From an uncultured Spirochaetota bacterium (lineage in GTDB: Bacteria > Spirochaetota > Spirochaetia > SZUA-6 > Fen-1364), in assembly GCA_963781885.1 (NCBI GenBank), contig CAWAHW010000002.1, positions 1,184,001 to 1,248,000 of the forward strand: 64,000 nt of DNA, given 5' to 3'. The position numbers and the translations under genes are program-made. This document shows positions 1 through 12,913 of this stretch, one piece after another. Position 1 is the stretch's first letter. Every line of letters begins with the position of its first letter. The notes under the pieces are model-generated. The model searched no databases. It was not told the origin of the DNA and was given only the letters and a program-made list of their open reading frames with translations.

Positions 1-429
1 TTACCGCCAGGACTCCAGCGCCGAGAGAAATCGGGCAAAGGCTTCGGGGGGAAATGCATCCTCGGGGATGCGCACCCTTTTGCCGTCGCGCAGGCGGACG
101 ACGGCCGATCTTCTGCCGATCGTGCGCCGCACGGAGATGCGCGCCACCTCTTTTTGCTCGACGCGCCGCTGTCGGAGGGTGCGGCCGCTGCAGAGCGTGA
201 GCGTCTCCCCGTCCAGCGACACCGTCCTGATGCCGCGACGGAACCAGCGCGCGACGTCGATGCCGAAACCGATGCCGACGCAGAGTGTGAGGAGCAGGAA
301 GGCGAGAAGCGACAGAAGCGTCGGGACGAGGAAGAGCGCGAGCAGGACGAGCGCCACCAGCAGGAACGCAATGACATCGGTGGCGATGAGGTAGCGGGGC
401 TGGGCGCTGAGCGTGACGTGTGTCTTCAT
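1..429 (-). CDS. Hypothetical membrane protein (2 TM helices plus a PH-like beta tail)
   Basis: ORF 1..648 trimmed to the ATG at 429 (MKTHVTL...). Two hydrophobic helices, then a beta-rich tail. Divergent from carA. Confidence 0.6.
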   Translation of the reverse strand: MKTHVTLSAQPRYLIATDVIAFLLVALVLLALFLVPTLLSLLAFLLLTLCVGIGFGIDVARWFRRGIRTVSLDGETLTLCSGRTLRQRRVEQKEVARISVRRTIGRRSAVVRLRDGKRVRIPEDAFPPEAFARFLSALESWR

Positions 430-468
430 GGACGGCCGGGTTTTCACAGTAGCGCATATCCACTTGTC

Positions 469-497
469 TTGACAGAGGGGTCCCGCGTCGCTACCGT
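469..497 (+). promoter_or_regulatory. Sigma70-type promoter of carAB
   Basis: TTGACA (469-474), 17 bp, TACCGT (492-497). Confidence 0.7.
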
Positions 498-512
498 GGG
501 GCAGCAATTTGG

Positions 513-526
513 TGCATAAGTATGCA
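513..526. promoter_or_regulatory. ARG-box-like operator
   Basis: Dyad TGCAT-AAGT-ATGCA between the promoter and the carA start; matches the ArgR TGMAT-N4-ATKCA pattern. Confidence 0.65.
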
Positions 527-553
527 TGCCGGCTTTCCGGCGCATGGGGAGAC

Positions 554-1659
554 GTGGGAAAAGCAGTCCTGCTTCTTGAAGACGGTTTCGTTCTGGAAGG
601 CGACGCATTCGGCGCTCGCGGCGAGGCGTTCGGAGAGGTCGTTTTCAATACGTCGATGTCCGGCTACCAGGAAGTACTTACCGACCCGTCCTATCGGGGC
701 CAGATCGTCACCATGACCTACCCGCTCATCGGCAACTACGGCATCGTGCCCGAAGACGGCGAATCGGGCGGTACGTGGCTGTCCGGCTTCGTCGTGCGCG
801 AGGTGAGCGCGATGCGGTCCAACTGGCGCAGCACCGTGGATCTGCCGACGTGGCTGGAAGCGCAGGGAGTCGTCGGCATCCAGGGCGTGGATACGCGCGC
901 CCTGACGCGCCATTTGCGGACTCACGGCGCGAAACATGGCGTCATCTCGAGCGGGGACCTGGCGATGCGGTCACTCGCGGCGAAGCTCGAGAAGGCGCCA
1001 AGGATCGTCGGCATCGATCTCGTCCGGGAGGTCTCCTGCAAGACTCCGTACGAATGGAACGAGGGGCTCCCCGGCGCGAAGCCCACCGAGGCGCGACGGC
1101 ACGTCGCGGTCATCGACTGCGGCGTGAAGCGCAACATCCTTCGCTGGCTGGTGTCCTCCGGCTGCCGGGTCACGGTCGTACCCGCGCGCACCACCGCCGC
1201 GGAGATTATTTCGCTGGAGCCCGACGGCATCGTGCTCTCAAACGGTCCCGGCGACCCCGAGCCCGTGACGTACGTCATCGAGACAGTCAAAGGTCTCGTG
1301 GGCAGGACGCCCCTTTTCGGTATTTGCCTCGGCCAGCAGATGCTGGGCATCGCCCTGGGCGGAAGGACCTACAAGCTGAAATTCGGCCACCACGGGGCAA
1401 ATCACCCCGTCCAGGACCTCGAAACGGGGCGCATTGCCATGACCTCCCAGAACCACGGCTTCAATGTCGACATGGATTCACTCACCGATCCCGGCACGCG
1501 CATGACACACAAGAACCTCTACGACGGCACGGCCGAGGGCCTGGAGAACAGGGAGCTGCGCCTCTTCAGCGTGCAGTACCACCCCGAGGCGAGCCCGGGT
1601 CCGCATGAATCAGGGTACCTGTTTGCACGCTTTGCCGCGCTGATGGACGGCGCACGCTG

Positions 1660-1660
<1 letters not shown>
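554..1660 (+). CDS. carA: Carbamoyl-phosphate synthase small subunit
   Basis: [26 protein letters not shown] (catalytic Cys), [13 protein letters not shown] start after GGGGAG. Confidence 0.97.
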
Positions 1661-4887
<3,227 letters not shown>

Positions 4888-5976
4888 TGCGATCGAGCAT
4901 CGTCCCGACCTCCGTGAGCGGCTCCACATCCCTGTTGAGGATCCGATAGACGCCGCTGATGATGGGAAGCGCGAGCTTCCGCTGGCTGGCAAGCGCATGC
5001 ACCCACTTCGCCGTCATGATCCCTTCCGCGATGTAGCCGAAGCGCGGCAGGCTTTTGATCACGTCGTCGATCGACGAGCAGCCCTCGATCAGCTTCTTCA
5101 GCACGATCTCCCGGCCGAAACGCCTGTTGCGGCCGTGCAGGCTGCGGCACGTGACGTCGAGGTCCCCCACGCCCGCGATGGACGTGAAGGTCTCGGGGTG
5201 CGTGGCGCCCATCGCGCGGCCCAGCACCTGGATCTCGTTCAGCCCTGCCGCGAGGAGGAGCGATTCTGTGTTGTCGCCGAACTGCGGCGAGTTCTCTTTC
5301 AGAGCGTCCAGGATGCCAAACGCGATGGCGACGACGTTCTTCAGCGCGGCGCTGATCTGCACGCCGCGGACGTCGAGGGACGAGAAGACGACGAGACTGC
5401 CGCCGGCCATGAGCTCGCGCACGCGGATGGAGTTGCGCCCGCTGCGCGACGCGCTGATGAGACCGGTGATTTTTCCCTGCGCCACCTCGATGGCATGGCT
5501 GGGACCCGAAATGTAGACGAGCTTGCCGCGGTACATGCCGGGCAGGTAGTCCTCCATCGCCTCGGTGATGAGGCGTATGCCTGATGGCGTCTCGATGAAT
5601 CCCTTTGTCAGGATGGAGATGATCGTGCGGCCTTCGCGGATGCTGAGACAGGAGAGAATCTGCTTGAAGCTCGACAAGAGATAGAGCGAGGGGAGGGCGA
5701 TGAACAGGTGCCCGCAGCCTTCCGCAACCGCGGCCATGTCGGTCGAGGCGTGGAGCTGCGCGGGCAGCCTCATGCCGGGGAGGAAGCGCTCGTTCGTGTG
5801 GGAGGCGTTGATCTCCGCGGCGACGCCCGGCTCGTAACACCAAATGTCCACCGGGCGGCCCTTCTCAGCGATTACTTTGCCGATTGCGGTACCCCAGGCA
5901 CCTGCACCGATTATGCCGATCCTGGCGGCCACATCTTCGGACATGGTGAGTTGCATACAACGCGCCGGAGCCGCTG

Positions 5977-7356
5977 TCAAGGACAGGCCCCGCGTTGCAT
6001 TTGGCCGCAAATACCGTGGCCGCAAATGCCACGGAATACCGGGGCCGCAAATGCCACGATATGACGTACGGATTTCTTTATCAGGTCAAGGTCCTGCTGG
6101 AGCATGTGGCTGTCGGGGTAGATGGCGAGCCCCTGCTCCGCGACGGCGCGCGCTTCGGAGAGCTTGCGGGCGTTGAAGAGAAATGCCACGGAGTTGTGCA
6201 CGTAGACCTCGTACGAGCGCAGGAGGGCGTCGGGCTTGCCAAGCTTTTTCAGGCCATCCGCGACCGTTGCCGCCGCCGACGTATAGTCGCCCGCGTTGGC
6301 TTGCGACTGGGCCCGGAGCTGGAAGACGTCCACGGACAGCGCCGTCCAGTCGGCGTCCTGCAGGGTGGTCCGCACCCCGGGCTGCGTGAGCAGGGCATCC
6401 GCGTCCGTGTAGTCATTTGCGTTGAGGAGGCTCACGGTCCAGTTATGGTAGATGTCCCGCCGCGACTGATCGATATCGACGATTCCGCCAAAGGACGCTT
6501 TCACCGAATCGATGAACTGCACCGCCTGGCTGAACTGCTGGCGAATGCCCAGCCAGGAGATGTAATTGGTGAACGCGCCGGTCAGTATCTTGCGGCTGTC
6601 GTCGGTGCCCATCAGCGTGAATGCGCTCACGGCCGGCTGAAGGGCTTCCTTGTAGGCGCGCACGTCCCAGCTTTCTGACACCCGATTGTCGAGGATCAGG
6701 CTGAGGAGCTCCTTTTCACCGATGGTCTGCCGGTCCGCGTAGTCCCCCGGCGGCACATAGGCGAAGCCGGTGACCTTGCCGAATGAGTCGGTGAACTCCT
6801 TTTTCGCCCCGGGATTGAAGCCCAGGGGGTTCGTGGTCTCCACGTCGACGGGCTGGCCGTTCACGAGCACCGTGCAGAATGCATGATCCGTCGTCCGCAC
6901 CCCCCCGACGGAGAGCCCCACGGACCGGGCCACGATCATGTAGAGGACCGCCGAGGAGACACAGTTGTAGATGCCCGTGTCCAGGGCCGTGTCCACCCGC
7001 GTCTGGAGAGTGGAGTAGCCCGAAAAGAGGTTCTTGTGCAGGAAGGTGAGAGCCCGTTCGCCCAGCTCCGCCTGGCTCGTGACATCGGCGACCTCGGCGC
7101 TGAACTTGCGCACGAGGCCCTCCAGCTTGTCTTTCGCCGCGGCAGCGTCGGCATCTGATGCGCCGGAAAACTGGAGGGCTGCATCGACGATGGTGTCCAC
7201 GGGCAGCGGCTCCCGGACGGCAGAAAGCTGCTGGCTGAGGGGCAGCGGGGAGAGATCGGGCATCGGCGTGGGCGGCGCCTTTGCCTGTGCCCACAGGGCA
7301 TGTATAAAAATGATCTGCGCGAATGCAATTGCAGCGCGCGCCGTCCGCGTCCTCAT
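5977..7356 (-). CDS. Secreted transglutaminase-like (SirB1-like) plus TPR protein
   Basis: Signal-peptide-like N-terminus; YNCVSSAVLY...TDHAF...VDVETT motifs; helical TPR-like C-terminal half. Confidence 0.7.
   Translation of the reverse strand: MRTRTARAAIAFAQIIFIHALWAQAKAPPTPMPDLSPLPLSQQLSAVREPLPVDTIVDAALQFSGASDADAAAAKDKLEGLVRKFSAEVADVTSQAELGERALTFLHKNLFSGYSTLQTRVDTALDTGIYNCVSSAVLYMIVARSVGLSVGGVRTTDHAFCTVLVNGQPVDVETTNPLGFNPGAKKEFTDSFGKVTGFAYVPPGDYADRQTIGEKELLSLILDNRVSESWDVRAYKEALQPAVSAFTLMGTDDSRKILTGAFTNYISWLGIRQQFSQAVQFIDSVKASFGGIVDIDQSRRDIYHNWTVSLLNANDYTDADALLTQPGVRTTLQDADWTALSVDVFQLRAQSQANAGDYTSAAATVADGLKKLGKPDALLRSYEVYVHNSVAFLFNARKLSEARAVAEQGLAIYPDSHMLQQDLDLIKKSVRHIVAFAAPVFRGICGHGICGQMQRGACP
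6003..6059. repeat. Tandem 25-bp hairpin repeat (REP-like)
   Basis: AATACCGTGGCCGCAAATGCCACGG (6010-6034) and AATACCGGGGCCGCAAATGCCACGA (6035-6059), plus a partial third copy. A related hairpin sits at 8578-8613. Confidence 0.7.
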
Positions 7357-7436
7357 CGTTTTCCTTGAAACAAGATCAGCATTCCTATGGATTCACGTCA
7401 AGGCATGGGATAGAGTGAAGAGGCACAGGAGGCTGT

Positions 7437-8543
7437 ATGAGGATCGGAGTTCCCCGGGAAATCAAAACGCATGAGTATCGGGTCGGGATGACGCCCCATT
7501 CCGCCAAGGCGTACGCGAAGAGCGGCCATTCCGTGATGATCGAGAAAGGGGCAGGCATCGGGTCTGGCTACGAGGACGCGGAGTACCTCGCCGCCGGGGC
7601 GCGCCTGGTCGCCGACAAGACGGAGCTGTTCCGCGAATCGGAGATGATCGTGAAGGTGAAGGAGCCGCTCGCGGAAGAGTTCCCGCTCTTCCACGAGGGA
7701 CAGATCCTTTTCACGTATCTCCACCTTGCCGCCAGCAAGGACCTGGCGGACGAGCTGATCAAGCGGAAGGTGACCGGTGTCGCCTACGAAACGATCGAGC
7801 TCGCCGACCGATCGCTGCCCTGCCTCACGCCGATGAGCGAGATCGCCGGGCGTCTTTCGGTGCAGGAAGGCGCAAAGTACCTGGAAAAGGAGTTCGGCGG
7901 CCGCGGCATCCTTCTGGGCGGCGTGCCCGGCGTCCAGCGTGGGAAGGTTTCCATACTCGGCGGCGGCATCGTCGGCACCAACGCATGCAAGATCGCGGTG
8001 GGCATCGGCGCGAACGTGACCGTGCTCGACATCAACGCAAAGAGGCTGGCCTATCTCGACGACATCTTCGGCAGCTCCATCACGACGCTCTACGCCACGG
8101 AGGCGAATATTGAGCTGGTCCTGCGCGAATCGGACATCGTCATTGGCGCCGTCCTTGTTGCCGGCGAGACCGCGCCGCGTCTGATCACGCGCCAGCACCT
8201 TTCCATCATGCAGCACGGCGCAGTGATCGTCGACGTGGCCATCGACCAGGGCGGGTGCGCGGAAACCTCCCGACCCACCACGCACGACAACCCCATCTAC
8301 ATCGTGGACAATGTGGTGCATTACTGCGTGGCAAATATGCCGGGCGCCGTTGCCCGCTCTTCTACCATCGCCCTGACGAGCGTCACGTTGCCCTATGGGC
8401 TCCTCATTGCCAACCAGGGGCTCGCGGCCGCCTCCAGGGCCAACGAGGCGCTCAAGAAGGGCGTCAACACGATAGACGGGAAGTGCGTGCACCCGGGGGT
8501 GGCCAAGAGCTGCGGCCTGCCCTACACGGCCTATACGGGCTGA
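7437..8543 (+). CDS. ald: Alanine dehydrogenase
   Basis: MRIGVPREIK, VKVKEP, FTYLHLAA, PMSEIAGR, DVAIDQGGC, YCVANMPGAV. SD AGGAGG. Confidence 0.97.
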   Translation: MRIGVPREIKTHEYRVGMTPHSAKAYAKSGHSVMIEKGAGIGSGYEDAEYLAAGARLVADKTELFRESEMIVKVKEPLAEEFPLFHEGQILFTYLHLAASKDLADELIKRKVTGVAYETIELADRSLPCLTPMSEIAGRLSVQEGAKYLEKEFGGRGILLGGVPGVQRGKVSILGGGIVGTNACKIAVGIGANVTVLDINAKRLAYLDDIFGSSITTLYATEANIELVLRESDIVIGAVLVAGETAPRLITRQHLSIMQHGAVIVDVAIDQGGCAETSRPTTHDNPIYIVDNVVHYCVANMPGAVARSSTIALTSVTLPYGLLIANQGLAAASRANEALKKGVNTIDGKCVHPGVAKSCGLPYTAYTG

Positions 8544-8614
8544 CGCGACAAGCCCTCGGCGCCGCAGGCGCGGCGGAGGGCGGCATTTGCGGCCGCTCCT
8601 GGCGGCATTTGCGC

Positions 8615-8660
8615 TTGTCATTTCCACCCATATACTATACACTTGTATAGTATATGGGTG
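8615..8660 (+). promoter_or_regulatory. dnaE promoter overlapped by a perfect 16-bp inverted repeat (candidate operator)
   Basis: TTGTCA (8615-8620)-17-TACACT (8638-8643); CACCCATATACTATAC-ACTT-GTATAGTATATGGGTG (8625-8660). Confidence 0.8.
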
Positions 8661-11600
8661 TCAGTTACCTCCACTTCAGGTCCCACTATTCACTCCTCCG
8701 CGGTTGTCGATCACCAGAGGAGATTTGCCGTTTCGCCCGGGAGCGAAGCATTTCCGCCGTAGGAATGGCGGACATCAACAATTTCTACGGACTGATCTCC
8801 TTCCTGCTTGCCGCGCAGAGGGAGGGGGTGCGACCCGTGGTCGGAGTTGTCGTTCGGAAGGACCGTAAGGACCTGTTTACCGCGTACGTGATGAGCAGGC
8901 AGGGCTTCGGCTGTATCTGCCGGTTGCTCACGGAGCTGCTCACGGACAAGACGGGCGGCTATGACCCGGTGGCCGCCCTTCAGGAGCGAGGGTGGGAGGG
9001 GCTCTCTCTTCTGAGCCCCCATCCTGAGGTCGTCGACCGGTTGGCGGCGCGGGACCGGGCGGGCCTGTACGTTCAGCTCAGCTACGGAAGGCCGTTCTCC
9101 TTCCTTGCGGGCTTCGCACGGGACAGGGGTCTTCTCGCCGCCGCTGTTCAGGACACGACATTTCTCGACGAGTCGGACGAGCGGTTGTATCCGCTTCTGC
9201 GTGCCATCGACCTGAACGTCACCCTGGAGAGCGTGCCGTCGGAGGAGCGACTGGACGACAGCCACAGATTCGCGGAGCCCGCGGCAATGCAGGGCTTCTT
9301 TTCCGCCGTGCCCGACGCCCTGGCGGCCACGGAGCGCATAGCCGGGGAGGCAGACGCCTCCGGCATCATCAGCCCGCAGTACGTCTTTCCGTCATTCGAG
9401 GGCATGGCGGAGGAAGAGACGTTCCGCGCGCTCGTGCATCACTGCGAGGCAGGTGTTTGGCGACGCTACGGCGCCATGCGGCCGGACGTCCGCGAACGGC
9501 TCGACTACGAGCTTTCGATCATTCGTGAGAAGGGCTTCGCGTCCTACTTCCTGGTGGTGCGCGACATCGTGCAGCAGTGTCCCCGGACCTGCGGTCGGGG
9601 CAGCGCTGCTTCAAGCATCGTGTCGTATCTCCTGGGCATCACGCACGTGGATCCCCTGCGGTACGCGCTTTTCTTCGAGCGCTTCCTCAACCGGGGCAGG
9701 AAGGACCCGCCCGACATCGACGTGGACTTCCCCTGGGACGAACGGGAGAAGACGCTCGCCTACGTGTTCCAGAAGTACGCGGGCCGGGCCGCCATGGTGG
9801 CCAACCACGTCACATTCGGACCGCGCTCCGCCATCCGTGACCCGGCAAAAGCGCTGGGACTGCCGGAGGAGGAAACGGCGGAGATGGTGCGCGCCTTCCG
9901 CCAGGGCAGATTCGACGACATCCCCGCCTACATCCGGGAAAGCGCCGCGCGCATCCGCGGCTTTCCCCGCAACCTCGGCACGCACTGCGGCGGCGTGGTC
10001 ATCACCCCCGGCCCGATCACGGACTACACGCACGTGCAGACGTCGCCGCTGGGCTACCCCGTGATTGCCTGGGAAAAGGACGGCGCGGAGGAGGCGGGCC
10101 TCGTGAAGATCGACCTGCTGGGCAACAGGTCCCTTGCCGTGCTGCGCGACACGCTGTCCCTCGTGGAAGGCACGCACGGCGTCCGCCTGGAATGGGAGAG
10201 CTTCGATCCCCTGGAGGATGCCGACACGCGGGACCTGATCGCCGGAGGCAGGACCCTGGGTGTCTTCTACGTGGAGTCTCCCGCCACCCGGCAGCTCCTC
10301 ACCAAGATGGAGCGGGGGGATTACGAAAACCTGGTGATCGCGAGCTCCATCATTCGTCCCGCGGCCAACCGGTACATCCAGACATTCGTGAAGCGCCTTC
10401 ACGGCGCTCCCTACCGGCCCCTGCATCCCCTCATCGAGCAGACCCTGGCGGAGACGTACGGGGTGATGGTCTACCAGGAGGACGTCTCCCGGGTGGCCAT
10501 CGACCTTGCGGGGTTTCCGATCGAGGAGGCCGACCGGTTGCGCAAGATCCTCTCCAAGAAGGACCGCGACCTGAAGCTGCCCGACATGCGGGAGCGCTTC
10601 TTCCGCGGCGCCCGCGGGAACGGCGTGCCGGAGGAGACCGTGGTGAAGGTCTGGGACATGATCCTCTCCTTCGACGGCTACTCTTTCTGCAAGCCCCACA
10701 GCGCCTCCTACGCGCAGGTCTCCTACCGGGTGGCGTACCTCAAACGGTTCTACCCGCTTGAGTTCATGGCCTCGGTGATCAACAACGACGGCGGCTTCTA
10801 CGGCCGGCAGACCTACGTGGACGAGTGCCGGCGCATGGGCTTTCCCATCCTGCCGCCGGACGTGAACAGGAGCCGCTGGGAGTACACGGTGGAGGGGCTT
10901 GCGGCGGCCCGTCCGGCTGCAACGTCGGTCGCGGCGGACGGCGGGCTCCCGACGTCCAACTCCGCGGAGTACCGCGGAAGGTTTCGCCCGCCCCTGGCCG
11001 CGCCCGACGCGCTTGCGCGTCATTTGGCGCGGCAGCCCTCCAACGTCGCCGGGAGCGACAGGGCTGAGGGCGCCCTGCGCGTCGGGCTCGGCCAGATCAA
11101 GGAGGCGCGTCGGGACCTCGTGCAGGCCATTGTGGAGGAGCGTGACGCGCACGGCCCCTTCGCGGGCTTCCACGACTTCATCACCCGCACCCCCTGCCGG
11201 TTTGAGGACGTGCGCGTGCTCATCCGGGCGGGCGCACTGGATTCCGTCTCGGACGGCTGCACCCGGCCGCAGCTCTTCTTCCGCTGGCTCTCCATCGAAC
11301 GGGATAAAGGGCTGGGCTTCCTGCCGCCCGCCCCGCCGCCTCTGGAGGACTACCCGGCCCGGGTGAAGCTCGCCGACGAGGTGCGGACGCTCGGCATCGT
11401 GGTGTCGAGCCATCCCCTGACGCTTTTCCGTCCCCGGATCGAGCGCTTCATGCAGCGGCGGGGCCTGGGTCCGCTGGTCTCTTCTCCCGACATCCCCCGG
11501 CACAAGGGCCAGGCCGTGTGGATGGCGGGCATCCTCGTGACGGGAAAGGAGGTGGCCACAAAGAAGCGCGAGCCGATGATTTTCGTGAGCTTCGAGGATG

Positions 11601-11914
11601 AACAGTCCGTCTTCGAAACGGTGCTCTTTCCCTCCGCGTTCGACCGCTACTACCCGCTCCTGGACGATGGGTGGGCTTTCCTCATTCATGGGAGGGTCCA
11701 GGACGACCAGGGCGCTCTGGCAATCAGCGTGGACCGGCTCGTGAGGGTGTCCCGGAGGGAGGGGGAGGGCGATGACGCCGTGGCGCCGGACGCCAGGTCC
11801 CAAGCCGGGGAGGGGCGGCGTGAGCTCGTTGCGGCGGGCATGGCGGTGGCGCCCGACAGGCCGCCCCTTTTCATGTGGGGACGGGAAGGTCATCGGGCGC
11901 TCCAGTCGGGCTGA
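8654..11914 (+). CDS. dnaE: DNA polymerase III alpha subunit, probably the error-prone DnaE2 type
   Basis: PHP start HFRSHYS, CGRGSAASS, PPDIDVDF, KIDLLG, YSFCKPHS, C-terminal OB fold. 1086 aa. The DnaE2 assignment is inference. Confidence 0.92.
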   Translation: MGVSYLHFRSHYSLLRGCRSPEEICRFARERSISAVGMADINNFYGLISFLLAAQREGVRPVVGVVVRKDRKDLFTAYVMSRQGFGCICRLLTELLTDKTGGYDPVAALQERGWEGLSLLSPHPEVVDRLAARDRAGLYVQLSYGRPFSFLAGFARDRGLLAAAVQDTTFLDESDERLYPLLRAIDLNVTLESVPSEERLDDSHRFAEPAAMQGFFSAVPDALAATERIAGEADASGIISPQYVFPSFEGMAEEETFRALVHHCEAGVWRRYGAMRPDVRERLDYELSIIREKGFASYFLVVRDIVQQCPRTCGRGSAASSIVSYLLGITHVDPLRYALFFERFLNRGRKDPPDIDVDFPWDEREKTLAYVFQKYAGRAAMVANHVTFGPRSAIRDPAKALGLPEEETAEMVRAFRQGRFDDIPAYIRESAARIRGFPRNLGTHCGGVVITPGPITDYTHVQTSPLGYPVIAWEKDGAEEAGLVKIDLLGNRSLAVLRDTLSLVEGTHGVRLEWESFDPLEDADTRDLIAGGRTLGVFYVESPATRQLLTKMERGDYENLVIASSIIRPAANRYIQTFVKRLHGAPYRPLHPLIEQTLAETYGVMVYQEDVSRVAIDLAGFPIEEADRLRKILSKKDRDLKLPDMRERFFRGARGNGVPEETVVKVWDMILSFDGYSFCKPHSASYAQVSYRVAYLKRFYPLEFMASVINNDGGFYGRQTYVDECRRMGFPILPPDVNRSRWEYTVEGLAAARPAATSVAADGGLPTSNSAEYRGRFRPPLAAPDALARHLARQPSNVAGSDRAEGALRVGLGQIKEARRDLVQAIVEERDAHGPFAGFHDFITRTPCRFEDVRVLIRAGALDSVSDGCTRPQLFFRWLSIERDKGLGFLPPAPPPLEDYPARVKLADEVRTLGIVVSSHPLTLFRPRIERFMQRRGLGPLVSSPDIPRHKGQAVWMAGILVTGKEVATKKREPMIFVSFEDEQSVFETVLFPSAFDRYYPLLDDGWAFLIHGRVQDDQGALAISVDRLVRVSRREGEGDDAVAPDARSQAGEGRRELVAAGMAVAPDRPPLFMWGREGHRALQSG

Positions 11915-11950
11915 CTGTGAAATATCGCTCTCCATGGTATCCTGTCGCCC

Positions 11951-12913
11951 ATGTCGATCTGGTTCGCGCTTGTCCTGATCGTGTGCTGTGCGATTCTCTG
12001 GGACGTGGGCATCGTTCTGCAGAAGCTTGCTGTTGACGAGATCCCGCAGATCAAGCTCAACCGGTCCCTGGTGTCGCTCCTGAAATCGCGGCGCTGGATG
12101 GGCGGTCTCATAGCCTCTGCGCTCGGGTGGGGATTCTTTGTTTTCGCCCTCACCTTCACTCCCGTGTCGGTGGCGCGGGCAATACAGGGCTCGGGCTTCG
12201 TCGTCCTTGCGGTCTTTTCGCTGCTCTTTTTGCGGCACAGGCTCACCGTGCGGGAATGGATCGGCGTCGTCCTTGTGACCGCGGGAATCGTTGCGCTGGG
12301 AATCGCGGATTCCACGCAATCCAGCGCCCGGATCGAGCTTTCTCTCGGGCGCCTTCTGCCGGCGCTCGCGGTGTGTCTGGTCATCTGCGCGGTCGCCCTC
12401 CTGCTTCCAAGGATCCGGAGGATCGGCGTGCCGCGCGTGATTGCGTTCTCCATTTTTGCCGGCACATTCCTGGGCCTCGGCGACGTCTCGACAAAAATAC
12501 TGACTGAGGTCCTGGGCCGGAGCGGTTTCGGTCTCGGGGCAGTGGGTGCCGCGGTTGCGCTTGTCATTTTCTATGCGTCCGGGTTCGTCGTGCTCTCCCG
12601 CGCGTACCAGCATGGTCGCGCCGTCCTGGTCACCGCGGTGTCGGACTTGTGCTCGCGCCTGGTCGCGATCCTGGTCGGCATCGCCGCCCTTGGGGAGGCG
12701 CTGGCAGGAGACCCGCGGCTGCGGCTGCTGGCGCTTCTGGGCTACGCGACGATCATCGTTGGCGCGATCTTTCTGTCGAGATTCTCCGGTTCGGAGCTTG
12801 CAGAGGGGCTGCACAAGACGCCAAGCATAGCCGCCGACGCGGGCTCAGAGGGCCTTCGCCATCCTGATGAAGGAAAACACGCCGAGGGATCCAAGGCCGA
12901 TGCGCACCGCTGA
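11951..12913 (+). CDS. DMT-superfamily membrane protein (NIPA/EamA-like)
   Basis: About 9 TM helices; LQK...RWMGG...PVSVA pattern. Confidence 0.75.
   Translation: MSIWFALVLIVCCAILWDVGIVLQKLAVDEIPQIKLNRSLVSLLKSRRWMGGLIASALGWGFFVFALTFTPVSVARAIQGSGFVVLAVFSLLFLRHRLTVREWIGVVLVTAGIVALGIADSTQSSARIELSLGRLLPALAVCLVICAVALLLPRIRRIGVPRVIAFSIFAGTFLGLGDVSTKILTEVLGRSGFGLGAVGAAVALVIFYASGFVVLSRAYQHGRAVLVTAVSDLCSRLVAILVGIAALGEALAGDPRLRLLALLGYATIIVGAIFLSRFSGSELAEGLHKTPSIAADAGSEGLRHPDEGKHAEGSKADAHR

Noticed and set aside
10892-11070. Intein in DnaE
   Set aside because: Only 58 aa, with no Cys/Ser start and no His-Asn end.
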